This document shows, piece by piece, positions 8,581-17,405 of a DNA stretch of 45,174 bases. The notes under the pieces are model-generated. The model did not search any database. It saw only the letters and a list, made by a program, of their open reading frames with translations, and was not told the DNA's origin. Position 1 is the stretch's first letter; each line of letters begins with the position of its first letter. The position numbers and the translations under genes were made by a program. This stretch comes from an uncultured Gammaproteobacteria bacterium (GTDB taxonomy: Bacteria > Patescibacteriota > Patescibacteriia > Magasanikbacterales > UBA922), in contig CAZEYK010000003.1 in NCBI GenBank assembly GCA_964516055.1, positions 1 to 45,174 on the forward strand. Direction: 5' to 3'.

Positions 8581-8662
8581 CTCGGATCGATGACGAGACT
8601 AGCACTCAACTCGTCGATCCACTTGGATTCATAATTTAGAAAAATTGTGGATTGAAGTGGAT
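8581..8662 (+). repeat. Two-hairpin TAGCACTC element, copy 3
   Basis: GACGAG-acTAGCACTCaa-CTCGTC, then a 21-bp stem 8617-8662. Confidence 0.85.
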
Positions 8663-8681
8663 AGTAGTTTTCTTTACAAAT

Positions 8682-8710
8682 AAAAAACAACCCTCTACAG
8701 AGAGTTGTTT
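8682..8710 (-). terminator. Terminator of the 8724-9044 gene
   Basis: Hairpin followed by a T tract on the minus strand. Confidence 0.55.
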
Positions 8711-8723
8711 ACAAGGCGACAGG

Positions 8724-9044
8724 TTAGACCAGATCAAGGTTGAGATGTTTGATGATTTTTTCTACTTTCTTGTCGGTACGTTTTTGGTGCATTGCCATAG
8801 CGGCTATTTCTACTTCTTGCTTGCGATGGAGTCCGATGAAGCCATCAACGTGATCGATCATTTCGTTTCTGGTTTGTTGGATACTTTGTTCCAAATCGGT
8901 TTGGGTTTGTTGCAGTTCATCACGGACCTCTTTGATTTCTTGCTTGAATTCTGTACGAACGTCTTGCAGGTCTTGCTTGGTTGCACCGTTATCCTTAATA
9001 AAGGTGACGATCTCTAGGATGTCTTGTAGTTTTTGTTCCTCCAT
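8724..9044 (-). CDS. Small coiled-coil hypothetical protein (AT-rich, CPR-type)
   Basis: ATKQDL motif and heptad pattern; host-like codon usage. Confidence 0.75.
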   Translation of the reverse strand: MEEQKLQDILEIVTFIKDNGATKQDLQDVRTEFKQEIKEVRDELQQTQTDLEQSIQQTRNEMIDHVDGFIGLHRKQEVEIAAMAMHQKRTDKKVEKIIKHLNLDLV

Positions 9045-9411
9045 ACAAAAATAGATAAAAAGTAAGTATAGGAAGTATAAAGGGGTGTGACGCTTGTGTC
9101 AATGTGTGAAAATATAAAACAATTTAGCATAATGTGTTATCACTAATCGTTTAGAGAGAGGCGATAAGGTGGTAGCCAGATAGGTGTATTTCTCTCTCGG
9201 GAGAAATTTTTTGTTTGAGCAGGTAACGCGAGTTGTATGTTTAGACAAGAAATTGATGTAGATCTTTTTCTTGATCTCTCTAGTGTATTTTGATCATTAC
9301 AAATGAAAACATGAACTGGCTGCAATACAAGGAATATGCTTGTTTTTTGTATTGTGGTCAGTTCGAAAAAACAACGATCTAAAAAATGGATCAAAAAAAG
9401 GGAGTCTACCC

Positions 9412-12400
9412 ATGGCTAACAAGATGCTTGGTTTCTGGAAAATGGCCCTCGAGATCACTGCCGCGATCCTGTTTGGGAAGGGCATTCTGTCGTTCCCGAC
9501 GGGGACCGGCAAGACCACGCAGTGCCCGCAGCTGGTCTATGACTGGTTGCGAAAAAAAAATGATAATGGTTTGATTCTTGTCTCTGTCCCGCGTCGCGTG
9601 CTGGCTATCGAGCTGGCGCGACGTGTGGCGGAGGAGATGGGCTCCACCCTCGGGGAGCTCGTCGGTTACAAGATCCGAGGGGAAGAGGAGAAGTCGGAAA
9701 AAACTCGAATCCTTTTCGTGACCGAGGGCATGCTTCGTGCGTTGATCCAGAGCAACCCGTCCCTCGACGGGGTGAGCATGATCCTGTTCGACGAGTTTCA
9801 CCAGCGTTCGCTCATGAACGACTTCAATGTCGCTCTTGTCGAGCGGGCGCAACAGGAAGGCTCAAAGGTCAAGTTCCTCCTGATGTCTGCGACGATCGAT
9901 GCTTCGTCTTTGGCGGAGCACTTCGGTTGTTCTGTCGTTGATGGAACCGTTTTCGGGACGCAATTCGCGATCGAGGAGCGCTATCTCGATCGCGATCCGT
10001 CGGACCTCGTAGAGGCGGCGGTGGAGCATGTGCAGCAGCTCGTCAGCGAGCAGCGTGGAAACGGCCTCGTGTTCATGCCCGGCAAGGGCGAGATCATGCA
10101 GGTCGTGAACGAGCTCAAGCTGGTGGGCTTGCCGAGCGACGTCACGGTCTTGCCGCTTCACGGTGGCTTGATCGGTGATGATCGCTCGGCACCGTTTCGT
10201 TCTCGTAAGGGACGGACGGTGATCATCGCGACCGACATCGTCGAAACCGGTGCCACGTTGCCGGACATCACGTGGGTCGTAGACTCCGGGCTTGCTCGGG
10301 AGGTTCGCTACGATGTAATCTCGGATATCGGTGGGCTTCGGCTCGCCGAGGTGGCGAAGGATCGGTTGAAGCAGCGACGGGGACGGTGTGGTCGTGTGCA
10401 GGCTGGCGTGTATGTTGGACTTTTCACCGAGTTCAACAAAAACGCTCGGCAGGCGCAGACCACTCCGGAGATTTTCCGGAAACCGCTTCGCGAGGTCATT
10501 TTGACCATCAAGTCCATCGGGCTCTCCAGGGAAGGAGAGCCCATTCGGCTGCTCGACAGTCCGCCCAAGGCCAACTGGAAGCATGCGAAAGCCCAGCTTC
10601 AGGCCTTGGGGTTCGTGGCGACCGACAAGGACGCCAACATCACGCCGCTCGGCCGCAAGGCTGCGCGGATGGGGTGCGACCCCCGTGAGGCGGCGATGCT
10701 CCTCAAGGCTGAGGAGCTCGGCTGTCTTCAGGAAATGGCGTGGGCGGTTGCCGAGATGCAAACCTCCAAGAACCTCCTCGACACGTCCAAGGGGCAGTCG
10801 TGGGAGGCGGAGGCTGCTCACGCGCAGTTTCGCAGTGTCAAAACCTGCGATGCGTGGGCGGTCGTGGAGGTTTGTCGGCAGGTTGCTAGCCCGCCGAAGG
10901 GTCTGTCGCTTGGCAATTGGTGCCGTCAGAACTTTGTGAGCCATGAGGCTCTGAAGGAAGTGAAATCTGGTGCCGAGCAGCTGCTCAAGCGGTTCAAGGG
11001 CGACGCCAAGAAGGCGCGCCCGGTGACCGAGAGCACGCTGCGCCAGGCGATTCTGGCAGGTTTGCCTGATCGGATCTTCCAACACGACCACCGGGATCGA
11101 TACACCAATGTCGATTCCGGCGACTCCCTGATCCTTGGGAGGGAGTCGGTCGTTCGTAGCACCACTACGAACATGATCGTTGCGTCGTGGGAAGCTCGGG
11201 AAATCCAAACTCGCGCTGGTGGGACGCTTCGGCTGATCACCAGCGCTATCACTATCGAGCAGGATGCTCAGTGGCTGCGAGCGGCTCTCCCTCATCTCGT
11301 TGAGGTCGAGGAAGGTATCGACCCTCGTTACGAGATGGAACTGGATTTGGTCACTTCGGTGACGCGGGTTCGGTTCAAGGGTGAGTTGGTCTCGGCGGAA
11401 GAGCGGGTGAAGAACCCGCATCACCCCAAGGCGGCGCAGGTTTTTGCGCAGTACCTTGCCGAAGCCAGGGATGGCTCGGTGTCGGTGCTGTTCGAGAATC
11501 AGGCGCAGGTCGCGCGAGCCAAAGCGTTCAATCTTCGCGCCGGGGAAGAGGTCTTCGAGGTCACCAACCTCGTTGATTTTTACATCGGTGTTTGTGCTGG
11601 AGCGAGGAACGTCGGTGAGCTGAGTAAGCATATCTGCTCGCTCGATGACTTGCGTCTGCCTGTGCTCGATAGAGAACTCATCGAGCTCGTGGAGCAGGAG
11701 GCTCCCGAGTCCCTCGAGATCCTCGGCAGTTTGCTGCCGGTTGAGTACAGTGACGGCAAGGCTGACCCTCGGGTGAAGCTCTCCAAGGAGATGGTGACGG
11801 CGAATAGCTGGATCCAGCTCCCGGACGACGGAGTGCGTCTCCCAGGCGGTCGCTCGGTGGAGGTGGTGGTGAGCTTCGGCTACTACACCACCCTCGCTGA
11901 CACCAACATCTCGCAGCTCAAGGCGAAGGTGCGCGAGCACCTGAACTGCGAGCAGTGGGATGCGTGGTGTGATGATCGTCCCGAAATTGCTTTGCCCAAC
12001 GTGTCCGACGATGAGTCGGTGATCCCGTTTGTCACGGCTTCCTACGGGAAGTGCGTGGTGACGGGGGAGCCTCTCATGGCGTATGGAACCGTTGTTTGGG
12101 ATTCTTGGTACGCCAAGTTTTCCGTGAAATGGTTGTTCCGCAACGTCGACGACGGTCAACGCGCTGCCAACGAGGCGGCCGTGAAGCTCGAGTCACTCCG
12201 TGAGGAGGCTCGGATGAAACGGCTCGCCGAGAAGGCGCGTGAAGAGGCTGAGGCCGTCAAAGCCGTGCTCTACGCCCTCCAGTCCCACAAGGATTGGTAT
12301 GGCTTGGAGTACGAGTTTCGTCGGGCCGCCGAGTTCCGTGGCGGTTACGGTTGCTCCATTCCTTCCGACGACGTCGACGAAGCCCGCGCTTGGACCGTCG

Positions 12401-12978
12401 AGACCAAGGCCATGACGGCCGAGGTTAAGACGGCTTTGTCCAATCTCGCGTGTAAACGCGAGGAGGAAGAGCAGCGGAAGGTCGAGGAGAAGGCTGTTGC
12501 CGAGCAGCGGCGGAAGGACGAGAATGAAGCATATTCTCGGCTCGAGCTGGGGCTTAGCTCTGCGGTGAAGCGCTTGCGCTTTTTCCGTGGACAGCCGCAG
12601 TTCACGGTTTCTTTCGTGGCTGGGTCCGATGGCCAGTGGATCAACGAGCAGGACATCAACGGTTCTATCTGGGACTGGGCCCGCTCCGGCGGTGCTTGGG
12701 ACCAGAAGGTCCGCCGCAATGATGCGGCTGTTGTTGATTTCGCGTTCGTGGCTAATGGTCGTCTCGAGGTGCTCGCGTACTACGAGCATCGCAATGACCG
12801 TCCGTCCTTTGTCCTTCGGTGGACGTGGACGGGTGATTCTGAGCAGCCCACTGCCCCCAAGAAAACGGCTAAGCCAAAGAAGGTGGTCAAAGTCGTTGCT
12901 TCGCAGCAGTCTTCATCAACTCCTCCTTCGGAGGATGCAATGGCCGTGCTGCTCGGCAAATGGGGCAAAAAGCGCTGA
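9412..12978 (+). CDS. HrpA/HrpB-like DEAH-box RNA helicase with long C-terminal extension
   Basis: PTGTGKTTQ, PRRVLA, TEGML, DEFH, MSAT, FMPG, LHG, ATDIVETGAT, QRRGRCGR; GGGAG RBS before ATG 9412. Confidence 0.9.
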   Translation: MANKMLGFWKMALEITAAILFGKGILSFPTGTGKTTQCPQLVYDWLRKKNDNGLILVSVPRRVLAIELARRVAEEMGSTLGELVGYKIRGEEEKSEKTRILFVTEGMLRALIQSNPSLDGVSMILFDEFHQRSLMNDFNVALVERAQQEGSKVKFLLMSATIDASSLAEHFGCSVVDGTVFGTQFAIEERYLDRDPSDLVEAAVEHVQQLVSEQRGNGLVFMPGKGEIMQVVNELKLVGLPSDVTVLPLHGGLIGDDRSAPFRSRKGRTVIIATDIVETGATLPDITWVVDSGLAREVRYDVISDIGGLRLAEVAKDRLKQRRGRCGRVQAGVYVGLFTEFNKNARQAQTTPEIFRKPLREVILTIKSIGLSREGEPIRLLDSPPKANWKHAKAQLQALGFVATDKDANITPLGRKAARMGCDPREAAMLLKAEELGCLQEMAWAVAEMQTSKNLLDTSKGQSWEAEAAHAQFRSVKTCDAWAVVEVCRQVASPPKGLSLGNWCRQNFVSHEALKEVKSGAEQLLKRFKGDAKKARPVTESTLRQAILAGLPDRIFQHDHRDRYTNVDSGDSLILGRESVVRSTTTNMIVASWEAREIQTRAGGTLRLITSAITIEQDAQWLRAALPHLVEVEEGIDPRYEMELDLVTSVTRVRFKGELVSAEERVKNPHHPKAAQVFAQYLAEARDGSVSVLFENQAQVARAKAFNLRAGEEVFEVTNLVDFYIGVCAGARNVGELSKHICSLDDLRLPVLDRELIELVEQEAPESLEILGSLLPVEYSDGKADPRVKLSKEMVTANSWIQLPDDGVRLPGGRSVEVVVSFGYYTTLADTNISQLKAKVREHLNCEQWDAWCDDRPEIALPNVSDDESVIPFVTASYGKCVVTGEPLMAYGTVVWDSWYAKFSVKWLFRNVDDGQRAANEAAVKLESLREEARMKRLAEKAREEAEAVKAVLYALQSHKDWYGLEYEFRRAAEFRGGYGCSIPSDDVDEARAWTVETKAMTAEVKTALSNLACKREEEEQRKVEEKAVAEQRRKDENEAYSRLELGLSSAVKRLRFFRGQPQFTVSFVAGSDGQWINEQDINGSIWDWARSGGAWDQKVRRNDAAVVDFAFVANGRLEVLAYYEHRNDRPSFVLRWTWTGDSEQPTAPKKTAKPKKVVKVVASQQSSSTPPSEDAMAVLLGKWGKKR

Positions 12979-13140
12979 CACACCAACCGACCAAACATAA
13001 AGAAGTAATGTCGTTATAAACTCTGCTTCTTGCCTCTTCTCACAGAGGTTCGCATGGCGCGAAGTTAGTGAGATGGATACACACTCAGACATCCATTCCT
13101 GATTCCTACGGGATGATGGAGAACGTCTGTTTTTATATAG

Positions 13141-13219
13141 CACTTGGTTTGACGAGAAGATTAGCACTCATCTCGTCAGCCACCTTGAGTTTTTAATAAT
13201 AATTGAAGACTTAAGGTGG
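13141..13219 (+). repeat. Two-hairpin TAGCACTC element, copy 4
   Basis: TGACGAGA-agatTAGCACTCa-TCTCGTCA, then an 18-bp stem 13180-13219. Confidence 0.85.
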
Positions 13220-13498
13220 AAGGTGTTCTACCATCGTTTCTTTCCGCGATGTAAAAGAAGTGAATTTTGACAATATAAAAAGGAGTGTCTCCATGTGGAT
13301 TTCGGCACTCCAGTTCCTGGCACGTTCGCATAACCTCTTGCTTCGAGGTGAGCGTGCACTTCAGCCGTACGATGACGTGCGGCAAAAACTGTTTTTCTCG
13401 GCTGACTGTACATCATTTGCCATTCCGACTGTTCTATTAACCAATCGTGGTTGATGGAATTGAGGATTTACTCAAAACTTTTTCGGAGAAACAAAATC

Positions 13499-13921
13499 AT
13501 GAACGATAACACTACTCGGCTGTTTTTCGTGAACGAGGATCGTTGTGTTTTTTTGACGAACGCGGGTCGCAAGACTTGCGTTCGTGATATCATCGCGGCG
13601 CTGGCGGAGGAGGGGATCGAGATTTCTCGTTCTTCTATTTGGCGTTTGCAGACGGGGCGGGCGGAGTTTTTCCAGCCCGATTATCGTGAGTCGTTTCCTT
13701 CGTTGTCTCCGTATGCTATCGCTTTTGTCGAGCTCACGGAGGAGGACCGTGAGCTCTCTGAGCGTTTGAACCTCACCGAGTTCGCTCGGGGGTTTGGTAT
13801 CTCTCGGAAGACCGCCCGTAGTTTTCTCGAGCGCGGGTGGTTTGAAGTGAATCCGCGCAACGAAGTGAAGGTCCGGGTGGTTCTCGACCCTGGGCGGATT
13901 CGTCCGCCTGATGAGTTTTGA
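13499..13921 (+). CDS. GC-rich hypothetical protein with two HTH-like segments
   Basis: ISRSSIWRLQTG and NLTEFARGFGISRKTARSFLERG; GGAG upstream. Confidence 0.65.
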   Translation: MNDNTTRLFFVNEDRCVFLTNAGRKTCVRDIIAALAEEGIEISRSSIWRLQTGRAEFFQPDYRESFPSLSPYAIAFVELTEEDRELSERLNLTEFARGFGISRKTARSFLERGWFEVNPRNEVKVRVVLDPGRIRPPDEF

Positions 13922-14040
13922 TTTTTTTCGTTCTTTTTTGGGGAATCGTTTTTCCGCGATTCCCGTTCATCCAAAATGGTTTAGTCTTTAGACAGTTTTG
14001 TATGGGTATGATATAAATAATAACTTGTGATTGTTTGTAT

Positions 14041-14124
14041 ACAAAAATCCCTCGGTTTGTCCTTCCTATAAGCGTCTCTCTCCATTTGCTTGTAGGTTGG
14101 GTGTATAAACCGAGGGATTTTTGT
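14041..14124 (+). other. Long hairpin at the right edge of the island
   Basis: ACAAAAATCCCTCGGTTT / AAACCGAGGGATTTTTGT plus an inner stem with G-T pairs. Confidence 0.6.
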
Positions 14125-14250
14125 TTTTCACTCATGAGGACTATATCATGCTTTGTCTCGTTGATGTTGTAAATTTATTGCAACTGTATTATTATTATAC
14201 ATAATAATCTTTTTGCTCCTTGTTTATCTTTTTTATTATTGTATTTTTTT

Positions 14251-14970
14251 ATGACAAATCCACTAATTCATCTTGGGTTATCCAAAAAAGAGGTCACTAT
14301 TTATCAGGTGCTCATGGAGTTTGGACGGTTGTCTATTGCAGACATTGTGAAACACACCCATTTGCATCGGCATGATGTCTATGCCGTGTTACCAGACATG
14401 CTTGAAAAAGGATTACTCACGACTATTGATGAAGGAAAGCGAACGTTTTATCGTGCTGCGCCGCCATCTCAGTTGCAGCACTTATTTGCTGTTGTCCAAG
14501 AGCAAGTTGGTGATGAAATTCGACGTCTTACAGAGGCATTTTCTCCCGATGCTGTGCAGCCAGCGTTTCGTTTTTTGGAAGGGAAAAAGGGAATTCGTTT
14601 TGTGTTTCATGATTTAGTACACAGTCTTAATAAAGGAGAAATTTTTTATAAATATAGTTCAAGAAAATCAACAAAACTTCCTGATGATTGTTTGCCAAAA
14701 GGATATCGAGCACTTCGAGATAAAAAACAACTTGAACGTTTTGTAATCACCAGTGAACAATTAAAGAGTATAAAAAAGAAACGTCTTGAGCGTTCTATAA
14801 AAACGATTCCTACTGATTTTGATTTATTTGAATATGATATCACGCAACTTATTTATAAAAACAAGATTGCTTTTATTGATTATTCATCAATGACGGCCAT
14901 TTTAATTGAGAGCCCACTTTTGGCTTCGTTTCAAAAACGGTTATTTCAGTTGCTATATAAATTGTTGTAG
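14251..14970 (+). CDS. TrmB-family transcriptional regulator
   Basis: LGLSKKEVTIYQVL HTH, FLEGKKGI, IYKNKIAFI. Confidence 0.85.
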   Translation: MTNPLIHLGLSKKEVTIYQVLMEFGRLSIADIVKHTHLHRHDVYAVLPDMLEKGLLTTIDEGKRTFYRAAPPSQLQHLFAVVQEQVGDEIRRLTEAFSPDAVQPAFRFLEGKKGIRFVFHDLVHSLNKGEIFYKYSSRKSTKLPDDCLPKGYRALRDKKQLERFVITSEQLKSIKKKRLERSIKTIPTDFDLFEYDITQLIYKNKIAFIDYSSMTAILIESPLLASFQKRLFQLLYKLL

Positions 14971-15090
14971 CATAAGTTTGGTAATGTATTATTTTTAATC
15001 ATGTTCGTAGGAGGTGTTTTGATTTTTTTTGTTTCGCTAAAAAACATTTTGTATACTATACAACTATTACTCAATCTATCTAGTAGTCAT

Positions 15091-15930
15091 ATGACCACAT
15101 CTCGTTTACCAGAATTTCGTACCGCATCTTTTTTTGACTCATTTCATTCTCTTAATACACCTGATCATCCGGCTTCTTGGCAGGAGGAAGCATTTCAATC
15201 TGGTTGGAAAAATAAACCGGATTTTTTTGATACGCTCCATAGATTTTCTTTTGGCACGATGTCTATTGGGGATACTGTTGTGAATATGACCGTTCTTGGA
15301 ACAGAAGATCTTGCTCATCAGTCATGGAAACAGTGTGTTACTCAAGAGGTTATTCAGGATATTGATGGTACATTGCAGCATATTGCCAAGCAATGTGCCA
15401 GTATACATGCACTGCGGGAAATATCATTTTGTATGAGTCAACCAATTAATCCAGAGAATAAACAGCCTGCCAATGGGTACGCTCCAGTATCTATTTCACA
15501 AGATCACGAAACAGGACAGTCATTCGAGACTCCGTCAGGTGTTATTATTCTTTTTCCTCATGTTGTTGATGCAGTGCATGCGCATGAACCGTATCGGGGT
15601 GTTATTCCCGAATTGTCCCATATACAGGGGATTGTTACCCATGAGTGGGTACACCAATTTATGGCAGCGGAAGGCACCTCGTTTTGTGATGAATGGTTAT
15701 CTTTTGTTCCCGGATGGGAATATATACAAGGAAAATATGTTTACACAGCGGAAGAATCATTGCCAACTCCGTATTGTTCCCATAATCCGGTGGATGATTT
15801 TGTGGAGTGTATGACGATATATCTTTGGCAACCAGAACTTTTAGAGGTTAATCATCCTGAACGATTTTTTTTCTGTAAAGAATTTGTATCTTTTTTACAA
15901 GAATCGGCAGGTGTTGAAGAACATGCGTAA
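15091..15930 (+). CDS. Putative zincin metallopeptidase
   Basis: HEWVH plus downstream Y...NPVDDFVE. Confidence 0.6.
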   Translation: MTTSRLPEFRTASFFDSFHSLNTPDHPASWQEEAFQSGWKNKPDFFDTLHRFSFGTMSIGDTVVNMTVLGTEDLAHQSWKQCVTQEVIQDIDGTLQHIAKQCASIHALREISFCMSQPINPENKQPANGYAPVSISQDHETGQSFETPSGVIILFPHVVDAVHAHEPYRGVIPELSHIQGIVTHEWVHQFMAAEGTSFCDEWLSFVPGWEYIQGKYVYTAEESLPTPYCSHNPVDDFVECMTIYLWQPELLEVNHPERFFFCKEFVSFLQESAGVEEHA

Positions 15931-15965
15931 TGTGTGGTTTTTGCATCAGATTATTCTGTGAGTGG

Positions 15966-16121
15966 TTAATACATATCAATAATATTTCTCAATTTTTCTT
16001 GAGCAAAGTTGGTGGTATCTGTGGCTGTTTTTTTTATTTCTCCAAATCCGTTTGTTATTTTTCCTAGTATTCCTGTGGATTCAGTATCTTCATCTTTTTT
16101 TTGTCCTTGTGTGTGGGACAT
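15966..16121 (-). CDS. Small hypothetical protein
   Basis: 51-aa ORF from ATG 16121, just downstream of the DUF3179 gene. Confidence 0.4.
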   Translation of the reverse strand: MSHTQGQKKDEDTESTGILGKITNGFGEIKKTATDTTNFAQEKLRNIIDMY

Positions 16122-16132
16122 AATACATAGAG

Positions 16133-17269
16133 TTAGTTTGCGGTATATACCGCAATATCTGGATATACACTGACAAATGAAAACCAAAATCCGTAAATAG
16201 GAATAAGTTTTTCTTGCGTGTTATCTTGTATGAATAGTGGTATTTTGGTTTCTTTGTTATACGTGATTGATACCTTTTTTCCTGCAATGGTATCTGAAAA
16301 TTCTTCAGGACTTTGTTCGAGTTCTTCGAGTGGGTAGGCCTTCATTTCGTCATTGATAGTAACAACATAGGTTGGCATTTTGGGGTGGTAGCGGTTGTCT
16401 GTGTAATCTACTGGAAAAAAGAGAGACGTATCGTTTGCATAATTACCATATGGCGACGTTGTATAGTCCCGAGTAAATCCAGTATCTGTGCTAAGTACTT
16501 CTCCATTGGGATATGTCTGTTTCCAATCGTGGTAGCGCATGATTTGGTAGGGGAGTACGGTGAGTATTTTTCCTGTTTGTTTGCCGACTATTGCTTCTCC
16601 TAGTATTTGAGACCAATATGAATTTGTTTGTGTATCATACATAACAAGATTTGACTGATAGAGTTTTCCGCTGGTACCAAATGTTGTATATGTTCCATTT
16701 ACTTTGGGATCAAACACTATTCCGGTTCCGCCGAGTGGGCAGTAGGTAACAAGTATGTGCTGATCTTCAATAACATCATTTACTATTTCGTGCCATACCA
16801 GAATTTGAAATGGATAAAAACGGTATGTGTCTCCTACGGAAATGGCAATGCCCATACCATCGTCTTGTATGTCCGTTGCTTTTTTTATTGAGGTGAACGT
16901 TGGGTTATCGAGAGAAGGAATACCATCTTTTTCTGGACCTCCTGCAAGAATTTTTTCTAAAGGAACAGTATGTGTTATGCCATTTGTTATTTGATAGGAG
17001 GCATCTTCTTCTCCCGCGTTTGTTGTGCTTGCTGTATTGGTTGATGATATATCTCTTGCTATGCCCATGGCAAAAGAAATGTTTGTAGTATTTTTTTCTG
17101 AAGAGGTTGGAGTCACCGGTATTTCTTTTTCAATAATTTTTTCTACAATTTCTTTTTTTTCAATAATTATTGGTTTTGATGTTGTTAATACAAACAATAC
17201 TACTCCTGCAGCGCCAATACCGACGACCAAAATAAGAATTAAAAATGTCACGTGATTTCCTTGCCGCAT
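16133..17269 (-). CDS. DUF3179-family membrane-anchored protein
   Basis: GGPEKDGIPSLDNP, WHEIVND, VTYCPL, SGKLYQSNLVMYD, SYWSQ. Confidence 0.85.
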   Translation of the reverse strand: MRQGNHVTFLILILVVGIGAAGVVLFVLTTSKPIIIEKKEIVEKIIEKEIPVTPTSSEKNTTNISFAMGIARDISSTNTASTTNAGEEDASYQITNGITHTVPLEKILAGGPEKDGIPSLDNPTFTSIKKATDIQDDGMGIAISVGDTYRFYPFQILVWHEIVNDVIEDQHILVTYCPLGGTGIVFDPKVNGTYTTFGTSGKLYQSNLVMYDTQTNSYWSQILGEAIVGKQTGKILTVLPYQIMRYHDWKQTYPNGEVLSTDTGFTRDYTTSPYGNYANDTSLFFPVDYTDNRYHPKMPTYVVTINDEMKAYPLEELEQSPEEFSDTIAGKKVSITYNKETKIPLFIQDNTQEKLIPIYGFWFSFVSVYPDIAVYTAN

Positions 17270-17405
17270 ACGGTTGTAATTATATTTTTCAAAGTTCTTA
17301 GTTGGTGGTGATCTTCGTATTTTTTTCGGGGTGAATCAAATGTATTGTTGATATATAGTGTGAGGATGAATACTGTTGGTGTATTCATCCCGGCAGTAGA
17401 TATCA

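Noticed and set aside
9862-12159. 765-aa antisense ORF and other long shadow ORFs over GC-rich genes
   Set aside because: Expected by-product of high GC3 on the strand opposite a clear helicase gene
6611-13169. TAGCACTC as a CIRCE (HrcA) operator
   Set aside because: It matches the left half-site, but none of the four copies has GAGTGCTAA 9 nt downstream; they sit in hairpin loops 3' of genes
6591-13219. Elements as classical integron attC sites or CRISPR repeats
   Set aside because: No RYYYAAC...GTTRRRY ends; spacing is gene-sized and irregular; no intI or cas1/cas2 nearby
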